Below are positions 9,653 to 19,295 of a DNA stretch of 64,000 nucleotides, one piece after another. Within the stretch, counting starts at the first letter, position 1. The number at the start of each line of letters is the position of its first letter. The translations under genes were made by a program, and so were the position numbers. The stretch is from Spirochaetia bacterium. GTDB lineage: Bacteria > Spirochaetota > Spirochaetia > UBA9216. Under the pieces are notes generated by a model, which did not search any database, was not told the origin of the DNA, and saw only the letters and a list, made by a program, of their open reading frames with translations. The DNA is taken from contig OZ223269.1 in NCBI GenBank assembly GCA_965140585.1, positions 1,120,001 to 1,184,000 on the forward strand. The letters run 5' to 3'.

Positions 9653-11434
9653 ATGAAACACTTGAGGCTGATTCTATTTCTGCTTATTGCATTCTCTGCA
9701 GTACTGCTTACAGGATGCCCGCCGGAGGTTGTCCCGATTGAAGAGGATCCTTTCGAATCCATGGATGAAAATACCGATGAAAATGTTGTGCCGACTAATC
9801 CATCCAGTACCTGCGAACTTTTAAGCTTTACATTTAAAACCGCCGACAACAGCGGTTTATCACGGGATGTAACTGCAGAGTTCGACGAATCTGATGTTAC
9901 CATCATTCTTCCTTATGGTACTGCTTTGGAAAATCTCAAAGCGACTTTCACCCATAACGGCAGCAGTGTGAGTATAAATGGTACTCTACAGACAAGCGGT
10001 TCAAGCACCAATGATTTTTCAGATGAACTTATCTACACAGTAACCGCGGAGGACGGCAGCAGCCGGGATTACTACGTACTGGCAATAAATACTTACAGCT
10101 CCGATGCAAGAATGGGTGTATTCGGTTTTGCAGCCAGTGAAAATTCTGAGATAACGCAGGATACTTCAGGCGTCTTCGATCATGACGCTGGAACAATCAC
10201 AGTAATCCTTCCAGGCGGAACAGATGTAAGTGCTCTGACAGCGGTTGTCACAACGGTCGGCAGAGAAATCAGGATTGGTGATATTGTTCAGGAAAGCCAT
10301 ATTACAGTAAATGATTTCTCCGAACCTCTTGTTTATACGGCGGTTGCGATGGACGGTACAGAAAAGAATTACACGGTAACTGTTTATTATGAGGCCGATG
10401 AAAATCTTGCAGCGATGTCTGAGCCCGGAGATAAGGGTTCTTTGTATCTGCCTGGCTATTCAGCCGAAATCAGATTCATACTTGCAAACGACACTGAAGG
10501 AATGGAGTTCCCGATCAATCCCGAAGATGATGCAATATCTTCAGTATCAAGGCGCTACATGCTGGGAGAAACGGAACTCACAAATGCAGAAGCCCTTGCC
10601 ATTCTGGATTGGGCTGATAATGAGTTTCTAATCAGCATTCTGTCCTGGAAGCCTGTCTATGCTACCGCCTCGACTGTTATGGAGTATGGGCAGGAGCTGA
10701 TAGATCTTGATTCTGCCTCCTGTCGCATTGAATACTCAGCATCAACCTACACATTCAGTGTGGAACCCGGCTATGAAGATTATCCCCTTACAGACATAAG
10801 CTGGTACGGTGCCGTAATGCTATGCAGCTGGCTTACAATGATGCGTGACGGAAGTACCGATAACCTCGTGTACGTCTTTGATCAATTCGGTGATGCCGAC
10901 TGGACATCCTCCGATCCCGCATGGCAGAAGGATGAAACTGTCATGCATATGCACCGAAACGGCTACAGGCTGCCCTCAATTGATGAATGGGAACTCGCAG
11001 CCCGTTATATCGGTGATTTTAATGGCGATGGGGACAGCTGCGATGCAGGTGAATACTACCCGGGCACATTTGCAAGCGGTGCAGATACAGCCTTTGATGT
11101 GTTCTCCGGCGGAACCGACATTGACGGTGACGGGGATGTTGATTATATCACTAATGTAGCATGGTCATATTCTGCGACTTATCCCTCTTTCTATCATACA
11201 AACGAAGCTGGGACCCTGCATTCGAATAAGCTGGGCTTTTTTGATATGAGCGGGAACGTAAGTGAACTCTGCTGTGAAAATGCAGATTCCATCCCCGGTG
11301 CGGTTTATGTCAGAGGCGGCTCCTGGAATTTTGATGACAGTGTCAGCCGGGTCGGAAGGCGTGAGTTTCTTACACAGGCAGCGGATCTTACAAACGGTTA
11401 TGCAGGACTGCGGCTCTGCAGAAGCGTGGATTAG
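9653..11434 (+). CDS. Lipoprotein with two Ig-like (DUF5018-like) repeats and a C-terminal FGE-sulfatase/SUMF1 (C-type lectin fold) domain
   Basis: Lipobox LLTGC. Repeats NDFSDELIYTVTAEDGS / NDFSEPLVYTAVAMDGT. FGE-domain motifs ETELTN, ISWYGA, YRLPSIDEWELAAR, DMSGNVSE, RGGSW and GLRLCR. Confidence 0.85.
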   Translation: MKHLRLILFLLIAFSAVLLTGCPPEVVPIEEDPFESMDENTDENVVPTNPSSTCELLSFTFKTADNSGLSRDVTAEFDESDVTIILPYGTALENLKATFTHNGSSVSINGTLQTSGSSTNDFSDELIYTVTAEDGSSRDYYVLAINTYSSDARMGVFGFAASENSEITQDTSGVFDHDAGTITVILPGGTDVSALTAVVTTVGREIRIGDIVQESHITVNDFSEPLVYTAVAMDGTEKNYTVTVYYEADENLAAMSEPGDKGSLYLPGYSAEIRFILANDTEGMEFPINPEDDAISSVSRRYMLGETELTNAEALAILDWADNEFLISILSWKPVYATASTVMEYGQELIDLDSASCRIEYSASTYTFSVEPGYEDYPLTDISWYGAVMLCSWLTMMRDGSTDNLVYVFDQFGDADWTSSDPAWQKDETVMHMHRNGYRLPSIDEWELAARYIGDFNGDGDSCDAGEYYPGTFASGADTAFDVFSGGTDIDGDGDVDYITNVAWSYSATYPSFYHTNEAGTLHSNKLGFFDMSGNVSELCCENADSIPGAVYVRGGSWNFDDSVSRVGRREFLTQAADLTNGYAGLRLCRSVD

Positions 11435-11484
11435 AATTTAGTTTGATTGAAAAATACTGGGGCATCGTGATATATTTTAGTCCG

Positions 11485-12432
11485 ATGTCCCTTTATTACA
11501 GAAAAAGTATTAAACCTGTACTCACTTTGTTTTTCTCACTATCTGTACTCTTTGCAGGTATAGCAATCACAAACATGGAACAAGTCCCATCAGAAGGCAA
11601 TTATTACCTGAATACAGGCTTTATATTGATGGTTATTCATCTGATTTCATATTCAGTAATAAATTATGTACCAGCGCAAAATTTTCCAGTTCTTTTTCTC
11701 ATTTTCGGGGCGGTGATTATCCTCTCGATAATTGCAGCAGGAGCCCTTATCCATCCTGACTTTCTTCGATCTTCATTTCACTCTGCCGGACAGCTGTTTG
11801 TAATATCGCTGTACCGCAAAAAAGATCTCTATAAGGAAGATCCATCGAAAAATGTTACAAGAAGCCTCATCCTTATCAGCCTTGTTATGATCTTCGCATC
11901 TATTATGTGGATGCTGCTGCTAGGGTATCATATAATTTTTAGAAAAATAGATTCCGGATTTAACTGGATGCTGTTTAATCTGTATTCAGTTGTTAATATC
12001 CTTGTCGGGATAGATGCGGTTATAATTCTTCAGAATTCACTGAACCGTCACGTCATAGCCGGAATAAATTTTCTGAAGATTGACGGAAATGATTATTCAA
12101 ACCTTTTATCGCCGTCAGATCTTGAAATAATAAGCCTGTTTGCAGGCACCCCTGAGCGGAAACTCAACTGCAGCAGAATCATGGCCCGTTTAAATACTAT
12201 ACATGATGAAACTGTGTTATCCCGACAATGTACCCTGTGTCTTGAGAAGAGAATGAAGGCTACTCTCTGTTCCGATTATAAGCGCATTTATAATCAAATT
12301 AACAAACTTAAACGTTTCTTTGAAACAATGGATATAGGAACCATCCTGCCGCCGGAAAATAAAATGGATATTACCTCCAAAGGGTGGTCGCTTCACATGT
12401 TTGAGAATACCAGACTTCACATTGATAAATAG
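11485..12432 (+). CDS. Polytopic membrane protein with a C-terminal Cys-rich winged-helix-like domain (putative one-component regulator)
   Basis: About 5-6 hydrophobic segments, then LKIDG...LSPSDLEIISLF...RIYNQINKLKRFF...I...KGWSL. ATG 11485 preferred because it follows promoter-like TTGAAA...TATATT; TTG 11443 is the alternative start. Confidence 0.55.
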   Translation: MSLYYRKSIKPVLTLFFSLSVLFAGIAITNMEQVPSEGNYYLNTGFILMVIHLISYSVINYVPAQNFPVLFLIFGAVIILSIIAAGALIHPDFLRSSFHSAGQLFVISLYRKKDLYKEDPSKNVTRSLILISLVMIFASIMWMLLLGYHIIFRKIDSGFNWMLFNLYSVVNILVGIDAVIILQNSLNRHVIAGINFLKIDGNDYSNLLSPSDLEIISLFAGTPERKLNCSRIMARLNTIHDETVLSRQCTLCLEKRMKATLCSDYKRIYNQINKLKRFFETMDIGTILPPENKMDITSKGWSLHMFENTRLHIDK

Positions 12433-12551
12433 AGCGGGTTAAAACAACTCGTTTCCGTACGTTTTCAGCGGCACTTTCGTTAAATCAGTTTATTGATAAT
12501 ATATAATTATGCTCAGAACATTAAGTTTAATCGAACTGTTTCGGAGTATGT

Positions 12552-13658
12552 ATGAAAAAATCCTTAATAATTCTGATGACTATTCTTTTGACTACAGGCA
12601 GCATGTTTTTTCTCAGCAGCTGCAATATTGATAATAATACAACACCGCCTGGTACAAACACAACAGATACAGACAGCACGGGTACGGGAGCAGGCGACAC
12701 AGATACCGGCGGGACAGACGCTCTGCCCGGAGGCATAGTTTATACCGGCTCACTGCCTGAAGACCTGGACTCAGTTACTGATACTACAGTTTTTTTCAGT
12801 TATGCCGGACCTGACGGCAGCGGAATAGGCTCAAGCGATCTTGATTTCGGGCTGCTTTCAGACGGCACTGTAGACACTGGAGCCAATCAATTTTCAATGG
12901 TTTATGAGGATGACGGAGAAAACTATCCTTTTACAGCACAGGGACGGGGCACTTTATATGGGTCCACTGAAGGTTATTCAAGATCCTACATTATAGGCGA
13001 AGGAATAAATCCTATTGACGGAGATATAGAATATACTTCAAACTCCTACGCACTTAATAAAGTATATATAAGTTTTGCTTCAAGCAGTTCAGCCACAAAG
13101 AATGTCCTGTTGACATATGATGTTGAGCTTGAAGGTGAACTGACAACAAATGAATTGATTAATGATGTAACATTTCCGGCACCGGCTTATGTAACTGCAG
13201 GGATAGGGTTCGGATTAAAGGCATACAGAATGGAATGGCAGAATGATGAGCTCAATCCTTTTGGAGCTCAGGTTTTTAAATCGGGAGCCACTTACTATGA
13301 ACTTTCAGGAACTGTTAAACTTACTAACCGGAATGATGACGGAATATATGAAATAGTGGGAGAAGGAGGTCTTCTTTCATTAAACGGAGATGATAGTTTT
13401 CAGCCAGTTTCCGGCAGTACTGTGTATTACGTACATGAAACGTTTGAATGCAGTTTTAACGTTGATATAGAAGACATGATAGAGGTTGTTAACACTGTTT
13501 CAACAAATGCAGAAGTGCTGTTCTTAGATAATATGAACGAAGGGTATGCAAAGTCTGAGTCCCAGGCTACACGTAAACCGAAAATAAGCAGTATATTTGC
13601 AGTCGACCCGGATGATTCAGACGCTGAAATAACAATCTACCTGCAGCGTGCAGAATAA
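12552..13658 (+). CDS. Hypothetical acidic lipoprotein
   Basis: GGAG SD, lipobox FLSSC, T/G/D-rich linker and a beta-rich body. Confidence 0.75.
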   Translation: MKKSLIILMTILLTTGSMFFLSSCNIDNNTTPPGTNTTDTDSTGTGAGDTDTGGTDALPGGIVYTGSLPEDLDSVTDTTVFFSYAGPDGSGIGSSDLDFGLLSDGTVDTGANQFSMVYEDDGENYPFTAQGRGTLYGSTEGYSRSYIIGEGINPIDGDIEYTSNSYALNKVYISFASSSSATKNVLLTYDVELEGELTTNELINDVTFPAPAYVTAGIGFGLKAYRMEWQNDELNPFGAQVFKSGATYYELSGTVKLTNRNDDGIYEIVGEGGLLSLNGDDSFQPVSGSTVYYVHETFECSFNVDIEDMIEVVNTVSTNAEVLFLDNMNEGYAKSESQATRKPKISSIFAVDPDDSDAEITIYLQRAE

Positions 13659-13745
13659 AAACTAACCGGTTTTTTACACAAAGTTCCTGTGAATAAAAAT
13701 TGAACAAATTTGTAGTATGAGGTATAGATAAACACTGGAGGAAAA

Positions 13746-15488
13746 ATGTTTCTAATTACCTTATCAGCAAGTTTTGCGGTTCTGGCCGTATTTTATTTTA
13801 TTTCAGCAATCGGTAAACAGAAAAGTACAGCAAATGCCGTGCTTAATCTTGTTCTAATTTTAATAACAGCAGCCGTGACAGGCTGGATTTTCTGGCTGGC
13901 CAGACCGGCTATAGGCTTCAGATACCCGGCCTTATGGCTGTGGGCTCTGACAATGACTGCAGTCGGACCGTTTTTTGCCGGCCGCAGAATCAATATCTAC
14001 TATTTTTTACCTTTCTCAGTAGTTGCGCTGACGGCAGTGGTTATGCTGTTTGCAGGCGGAAAAATCATCCGGTCAAAAGACTATTACAGTCTCATGAACA
14101 ATAAAATTACCGATACAGAATCACTGGATTTCAACGCCGATGTTGAACCCGTTGATCTGTCAAAACTGAGGCTGGTTGATCAGCAGCTTGCAGGACAGAG
14201 GGGAAGCACACTTATTGAAAGTATTTCAGGCCTTGGATCACAGGTTGAACTGGGCCGCATGAGTATTCAGAACCTCAACGGAAGCTTTGATATTGTAACC
14301 GGAGAAGGCGAAAACCGAACCCTTACCTTCGATAATGAACTTGTCTGGGTAGGAGTTCTGCATCCATCCGGAGCTTTTAAGGAAAAAACCACTCCCGGCT
14401 ACATCATTGTCTCTTCACAGGATGCAAGCAGAGCCTTCTTTGTAACAGCTCTAAACGGCAAAAAACTCGAAATAAACTATTCTACCGGCCATTTTTTTGG
14501 AAACAACCTGCAGAGATACCTGCGCGCCAACGGATACATGATGAAGGGTATCACCGACTATACCTTTGAACTTAAAAATGACGGTACACCTTATTATATT
14601 GTTTCGCTATATAATAAAACTATCGCCTGGAACGGACCTGAAGCAGAAGGGATAGTCGCAGTCGATGTACTGACTGGTGAAATTACAGAATACAGCATTG
14701 ATGAGGCGCCTGCTTTCATAGATAGAATACAACCTGAACTCTTCATAAACAAACAGCTTAACTACTGGGGCGCCTTTACTCACGGATGGCTAAACAGCTG
14801 GATTAAGCAGAAAGATGTACTTAAAAAGACTGAAGGGACGTCACTGGTTTATTCCGGCGGCGAAGCCTACTTCTATTCGGGTATGCAGTCTGCCGGCTCG
14901 GACAGGGGTACTACGGGCTTTGTACTGGTAAATACAAGAACAAAGAATACCCGTTTCTACAGAATCAGCGGAATTACAGAAGACCGTGCCGGAGAAGCAC
15001 TTGAAAACGCCAAGGGAGTAAAGGAAGCCGGTTATGCGGCAACTCCGGCAATTTTATATAACATCGGCAGTCGTCCGGTATACTTTTGCACACTCAAGGG
15101 TGCCGACGGTCTTGTAAAGATGTACGGATTTATATCGCTTAAAAACGAGCAGATCCTGGGTGTTGGAACAACAGTAAGAGAGGCCCTCCGTGCCTTTGAA
15201 ACCGCCCTTGTAAACTCAAGCGATTCGCTGTCCATTGATTCGGCGGTAAGTGAGACTATTATTGAAACAGTCGTAGCTGATATTACATGTGAGACAATCT
15301 CGGGAATGACCTACTATTACATAATCATTGATGATTATCCCGAATTAGAATTTCTTGGAAGCAGTGACACCTTCCGTGAGCTTAAATGGACAAAACCCGG
15401 AGATATGGTCCGTATCACATTCCCCGAAGGTGAGCAGAAAACCGTTTCATTACGTGATTTTGATAATTTACGGCTTGGACTACAGTAA
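13746..15488 (+). CDS. Hypothetical membrane protein: 4 N-terminal TM helices and a large beta-rich extracytoplasmic region
   Basis: GGAGG SD and four hydrophobic segments. Repeated beta motifs (VVDxxTGE-like) and an OB-fold-like end (TKPGDMVRITF). Confidence 0.7.
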   Translation: MFLITLSASFAVLAVFYFISAIGKQKSTANAVLNLVLILITAAVTGWIFWLARPAIGFRYPALWLWALTMTAVGPFFAGRRINIYYFLPFSVVALTAVVMLFAGGKIIRSKDYYSLMNNKITDTESLDFNADVEPVDLSKLRLVDQQLAGQRGSTLIESISGLGSQVELGRMSIQNLNGSFDIVTGEGENRTLTFDNELVWVGVLHPSGAFKEKTTPGYIIVSSQDASRAFFVTALNGKKLEINYSTGHFFGNNLQRYLRANGYMMKGITDYTFELKNDGTPYYIVSLYNKTIAWNGPEAEGIVAVDVLTGEITEYSIDEAPAFIDRIQPELFINKQLNYWGAFTHGWLNSWIKQKDVLKKTEGTSLVYSGGEAYFYSGMQSAGSDRGTTGFVLVNTRTKNTRFYRISGITEDRAGEALENAKGVKEAGYAATPAILYNIGSRPVYFCTLKGADGLVKMYGFISLKNEQILGVGTTVREALRAFETALVNSSDSLSIDSAVSETIIETVVADITCETISGMTYYYIIIDDYPELEFLGSSDTFRELKWTKPGDMVRITFPEGEQKTVSLRDFDNLRLGLQ

Positions 15489-15545
15489 TAATTACAGATA
15501 TAATAATTTGTTGAATAACAGATTTTAAAAGAAACGGAGTATAAT

Positions 15546-16496
15546 TTGAAACATCAGCTAAGTATTTTCATTTCATTGATATTATTGATATTTATTACAT
15601 CTTTACAATCGGTTTCAGCTTCAGGCAACGATGAAACTGAGAACTTCCAGTCTGAGATTATCATCCCTGCAAGCTCCGATGTCGAGAATCTGATAACAGA
15701 AGCGAAAACGCCGTATAATAAACTGGCCGAATACGGAAGTCAGATAGATCCGGTACTTGAACAGATTTATTATAACGCCGAGTTTCAATACAGCGAAGGG
15801 AATGTTGAAGGGTCTGCGGAGATCTATCTATACATTATCTGGAAGGCTGCAGAGTTAAAAGAAACGCTTACAAGAGAACAGCTGTACATAATTTTAAAAC
15901 AACGGGCATACAGGCTGGTTGAAATGAGTCATCCATCAGAAGCTCTTGCTATCTGGGATTACGGATTTTTAATATGGGACGGGGGAAACTATAAAAAGGA
16001 TCTGCCGAAGGGCCTTAAAATCGAGGAATCTGAATCAGAGAAACTTGCAAAAAATTATCTTGCAGACTGTTATGCAGAGAAGGCAATCTGTCTTACATCA
16101 GTCAAAGATTTTCAATCTTCCTGGGAACTTATGGTTAAATCTGCAGAAATATTCAAACAAACCGAAAACTGGGAAAGTTCCGTATACTTTCTGATGAACT
16201 TTATAGTAAATGCTTTCAATCTAAAAGAATATCAGGCTGTGATAGATGCCAACCCCTATATATCAAATTTTATGCTGCTTGTACCTGCAGGACAGTTGTC
16301 CATCAACGATACTCTTACACTCGGCAGGGTTACGGCCGTAGCTCTTATGAATACTGAACATCCTGTTGATGCATATCAGTATATTTCAATGAATCTTACG
16401 ATTGCAGATAATGCAGGTTATGAGGATAATTATACTGAGTTCGACAGGGCTCTTAAGGCTAAGCTTGCTGAAATCCTGACTCAGGCAGGAGATTAG
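15546..16496 (+). CDS. Hypothetical exported all-helical (TPR-like) protein
   Basis: GGAG SD with a TTG start, signal peptide, and helical-repeat-like segments. Confidence 0.6.
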   Translation: MKHQLSIFISLILLIFITSLQSVSASGNDETENFQSEIIIPASSDVENLITEAKTPYNKLAEYGSQIDPVLEQIYYNAEFQYSEGNVEGSAEIYLYIIWKAAELKETLTREQLYIILKQRAYRLVEMSHPSEALAIWDYGFLIWDGGNYKKDLPKGLKIEESESEKLAKNYLADCYAEKAICLTSVKDFQSSWELMVKSAEIFKQTENWESSVYFLMNFIVNAFNLKEYQAVIDANPYISNFMLLVPAGQLSINDTLTLGRVTAVALMNTEHPVDAYQYISMNLTIADNAGYEDNYTEFDRALKAKLAEILTQAGD

Positions 16497-16520
16497 CCGG
16501 CGGCCGAATAAGGCGTTTTA

Positions 16521-17981
16521 ATGAGTTTTTTCAGATACCGCTGCAGAAGGGAATTACTTTCTGCAGCATTTTTAATTTTAATTTCCGGGGTTTCTTCAGT
16601 CTGGAGCAGTGATGCTTTTCCGCGTATTACAGCATCCCCGGAGGCATACGGATACTCCGCTGATACTGATGTTACAGACTGGCAGTCACTTTATAAGCTT
16701 GCATTCTGGGTTTCCGGAGCAAATTACAGTACCGATCAGTTGAGTAGTTTCAGGAAAGATCTTACAGAACTGGGCAAAACCGTTGAAAGTATGGACGACT
16801 ATCGGAAAGGCGAAGCCGTTCTTGAATTCATGCATGACAACTATCTTTCCACCTACAGAGAAAAACAGACAAGGCTGGATACACTCTTTTCAACCGGCCG
16901 ATTTAACTGTGTTTCTTCTGCAGTTTTGTATGCCATTCTTGCCACTTCAGTCAATCTTCAAGTCCAGGGAATTTCCACCCCCGATCATGCCTTCTGCTCA
17001 GTTATAACACCGGATGGCACGATTGATGTGGAAACTACAGCGGCACTCGGCTTTGATCCCGGAACAAAAACAGAATTTCATGATTCCTTCGGTGCAATTA
17101 CCGGCTATGCATATGTACCGCCCAGAAATTACAGAAGCAGGAATGAAATCGATTTGATGTATCTCTTCTCTCTGGTTATTTCAAACAGAATAGTGGAGCT
17201 GGAAGCTCAGGGGCGCTTTGCCGAGGCCGTGCCGCTGGCAGTGGATCGCTGGGCACTTCTTGGTACTCCTGAAGAAGGGGAGATATTTGATTTTCTTATT
17301 GATCGTATTTCAAACTACGGCGCTCAGCTGGCTAAATCGGGCAGGGAGGAGGAAGTTCTAAACTGGACAGAATTAGCAGCCGCCACCTTCGGTACTCATA
17401 GAAAGCTTGAAAACTTAACCAACTCAGCGGCTAATAATTATATTGTCAGACTAATCAGGCAGGGGAATATCCCTGAGGCAAGAAACAATCTTAACCGTCT
17501 TTCAGCCCTGATGGACGAGAAAACCTCCGCAACTCTCGAACTTGCTGTTTCAGATGCTGAACTGTTTACAGCGCTCGAAACCGTTAAGTCCGGGGGTGAC
17601 GAGAGAACTTTTGACAAAGCTGTTGAAGCGGCGGAATCTGCAGGTGTATTAAGCAGCCGTAGAATTCGTGAAATAGCAGATGCCTGGTACACAGCCAAAC
17701 TTGAACGGACAGCATCTGTTTCAGGATGGGAAGCGGCCCTTACCGAAACAGAAGAAATCATCCTTGAAAAAGGGAGCAGTTCAAGACTGGAACAGGTAAA
17801 GAATGTTTATCTTAACAATACAGTGGCAGAAATATACAACAGAGCAGCAGATGCATACAACAGGCAGAATTTTGAAACCTCGCTTGAAATAGTAAACAAT
17901 GCCTTATTAAGATTCCCCGAAGACAGAAGACTTCTTTCACTTAAAAAAAACATAGAAAATATCATAAAGAATAACCGGTAA
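16521..17981 (+). CDS. Exported transglutaminase-like (Cys-His-Glu/Asp) protein with TPR repeats
   Basis: Signal peptide. Putative triad motifs GRFNCVSSAVLY, TPDHAF and IDVETT. TPR-like C-terminus (IYNRAADAYNRQNFETSLEIVNNALLRFP). Confidence 0.7.
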   Translation: MSFFRYRCRRELLSAAFLILISGVSSVWSSDAFPRITASPEAYGYSADTDVTDWQSLYKLAFWVSGANYSTDQLSSFRKDLTELGKTVESMDDYRKGEAVLEFMHDNYLSTYREKQTRLDTLFSTGRFNCVSSAVLYAILATSVNLQVQGISTPDHAFCSVITPDGTIDVETTAALGFDPGTKTEFHDSFGAITGYAYVPPRNYRSRNEIDLMYLFSLVISNRIVELEAQGRFAEAVPLAVDRWALLGTPEEGEIFDFLIDRISNYGAQLAKSGREEEVLNWTELAAATFGTHRKLENLTNSAANNYIVRLIRQGNIPEARNNLNRLSALMDEKTSATLELAVSDAELFTALETVKSGGDERTFDKAVEAAESAGVLSSRRIREIADAWYTAKLERTASVSGWEAALTETEEIILEKGSSSRLEQVKNVYLNNTVAEIYNRAADAYNRQNFETSLEIVNNALLRFPEDRRLLSLKKNIENIIKNNR

Positions 17982-19189
17982 TGTTCAGACTTGACGGATT
18001 AGGCAAACTGCAAAAAGTAAAATGGATTCATCTTAAGCCCGGAATGATAATAATATCGTGGGTATCGATAAATGATAATCCAATCCCCGAACTTCTGCAT
18101 TTTCCTGTATTAACATCAGATCTTATAAGGACTCTGCAGACAAAATATCAGTTTCTCAAAGATAGAGACGTCCTTGCGGCAGAAGCTCTATGGAACTTCC
18201 ATCCCGAAAATCTTGCAGCTGAGCTGAATAAGGCAGAAGAAAACAGAACTGTATTCAACAGGCTTAGAGAGGATTTTGCTGCAGGAAAGAAACTGCTGCT
18301 GAGCGGGCATGAATCAAAGGGCGATTATTCCATACCTCTGCTGAACTCAGAATTCATAGAACAGGATTTTCTTTTGAAGGACAGTTATAATTCTTTTTCC
18401 TATATGTACGCACTTGATTCTGATTTGGAATCGGTGCCGTCCTATCTTTCTGATATCGATCTTAGCCTTTCTTTTGCCGATTTATTTACCGACAGGCTGC
18501 AAAGCAAATTCAATATACCTGAGGATAATGATGTCCTTCTGCATATAGTGATTGATTTTTCAAAAAGTATGGATTCATGCGGTAAACTCGGAATTGTGCT
18601 TGATACTGTTGCCTACTTTACTGACTTCTATTCTAAAATGGCGCCTGATACGAAATTCAAATATTACGCTTTCAGCGATGAATGCCGTCCGGTAGATTTT
18701 CCGGTTCAGGCTGCAGGCATTACAAGGGGTAATACATCATATTCAGCATTTATGAAAAAAGTGCTCCGTTTCAGAGAACCTGATATCCACAATAAAATCA
18801 TTCTTTTCACTGACGGATTACCCACGGACCTGAATGATGCCCTTCATACTGCGGCATTTATTAAAAAAAACAGAATTGATTACACACAGCTGATTTTCGA
18901 TATACGTGATGAACAGCGCAATGAAATAAAGTTCAAAGACGGGAAGGGTTCAGCTGTTGATAATGTAGTTGATGAGCTTACTGACGATATGATTCAGATC
19001 ATGCTTACTGATGATGAGCTGGATAATAAAATGAAGCAGGTTTTCAGCGATTTTACTGGTATAGCTTCAGCCTGCGGTGGAAATCAGATAATCTTGAGAA
19101 TAAACAGCCTTCTTAAAATAGTTACCGTGGAATGCTATGACCGCTACCTCGGTCTGCTTAGCCTGTCAGAATCCAAAGATATCACTTGA
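17981..19189 (+). CDS. von Willebrand factor A (vWA) domain protein
   Basis: MIDAS motif IVIDFSKSM (DxSxS), GNT and IILFTDGLP. Coupled to the upstream gene by a TAATG overlap. Confidence 0.75.
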   Translation: MFRLDGLGKLQKVKWIHLKPGMIIISWVSINDNPIPELLHFPVLTSDLIRTLQTKYQFLKDRDVLAAEALWNFHPENLAAELNKAEENRTVFNRLREDFAAGKKLLLSGHESKGDYSIPLLNSEFIEQDFLLKDSYNSFSYMYALDSDLESVPSYLSDIDLSLSFADLFTDRLQSKFNIPEDNDVLLHIVIDFSKSMDSCGKLGIVLDTVAYFTDFYSKMAPDTKFKYYAFSDECRPVDFPVQAAGITRGNTSYSAFMKKVLRFREPDIHNKIILFTDGLPTDLNDALHTAAFIKKNRIDYTQLIFDIRDEQRNEIKFKDGKGSAVDNVVDELTDDMIQIMLTDDELDNKMKQVFSDFTGIASACGGNQIILRINSLLKIVTVECYDRYLGLLSLSESKDIT

Positions 19190-19295
19190 AATAAAAGGCT
19201 TCTGCAGTCCTGAAAACCACAGAAGTCTCTGTGCTGTTAACAATCACTTTGTGCAAAATCAACCGGATTTTACCCAAAGCTCACTTACAACAATA

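Noticed and set aside
9653-13658. Complete diversity-generating retroelement
   Set aside because: No reverse transcriptase, Avd or adenine-variant template repeat was found in the window.
9344-19189. Prophage or integrative element explaining the accessory cluster
   Set aside because: No integrase, transposase, phage structural genes, tRNA target or flanking direct repeats were seen.
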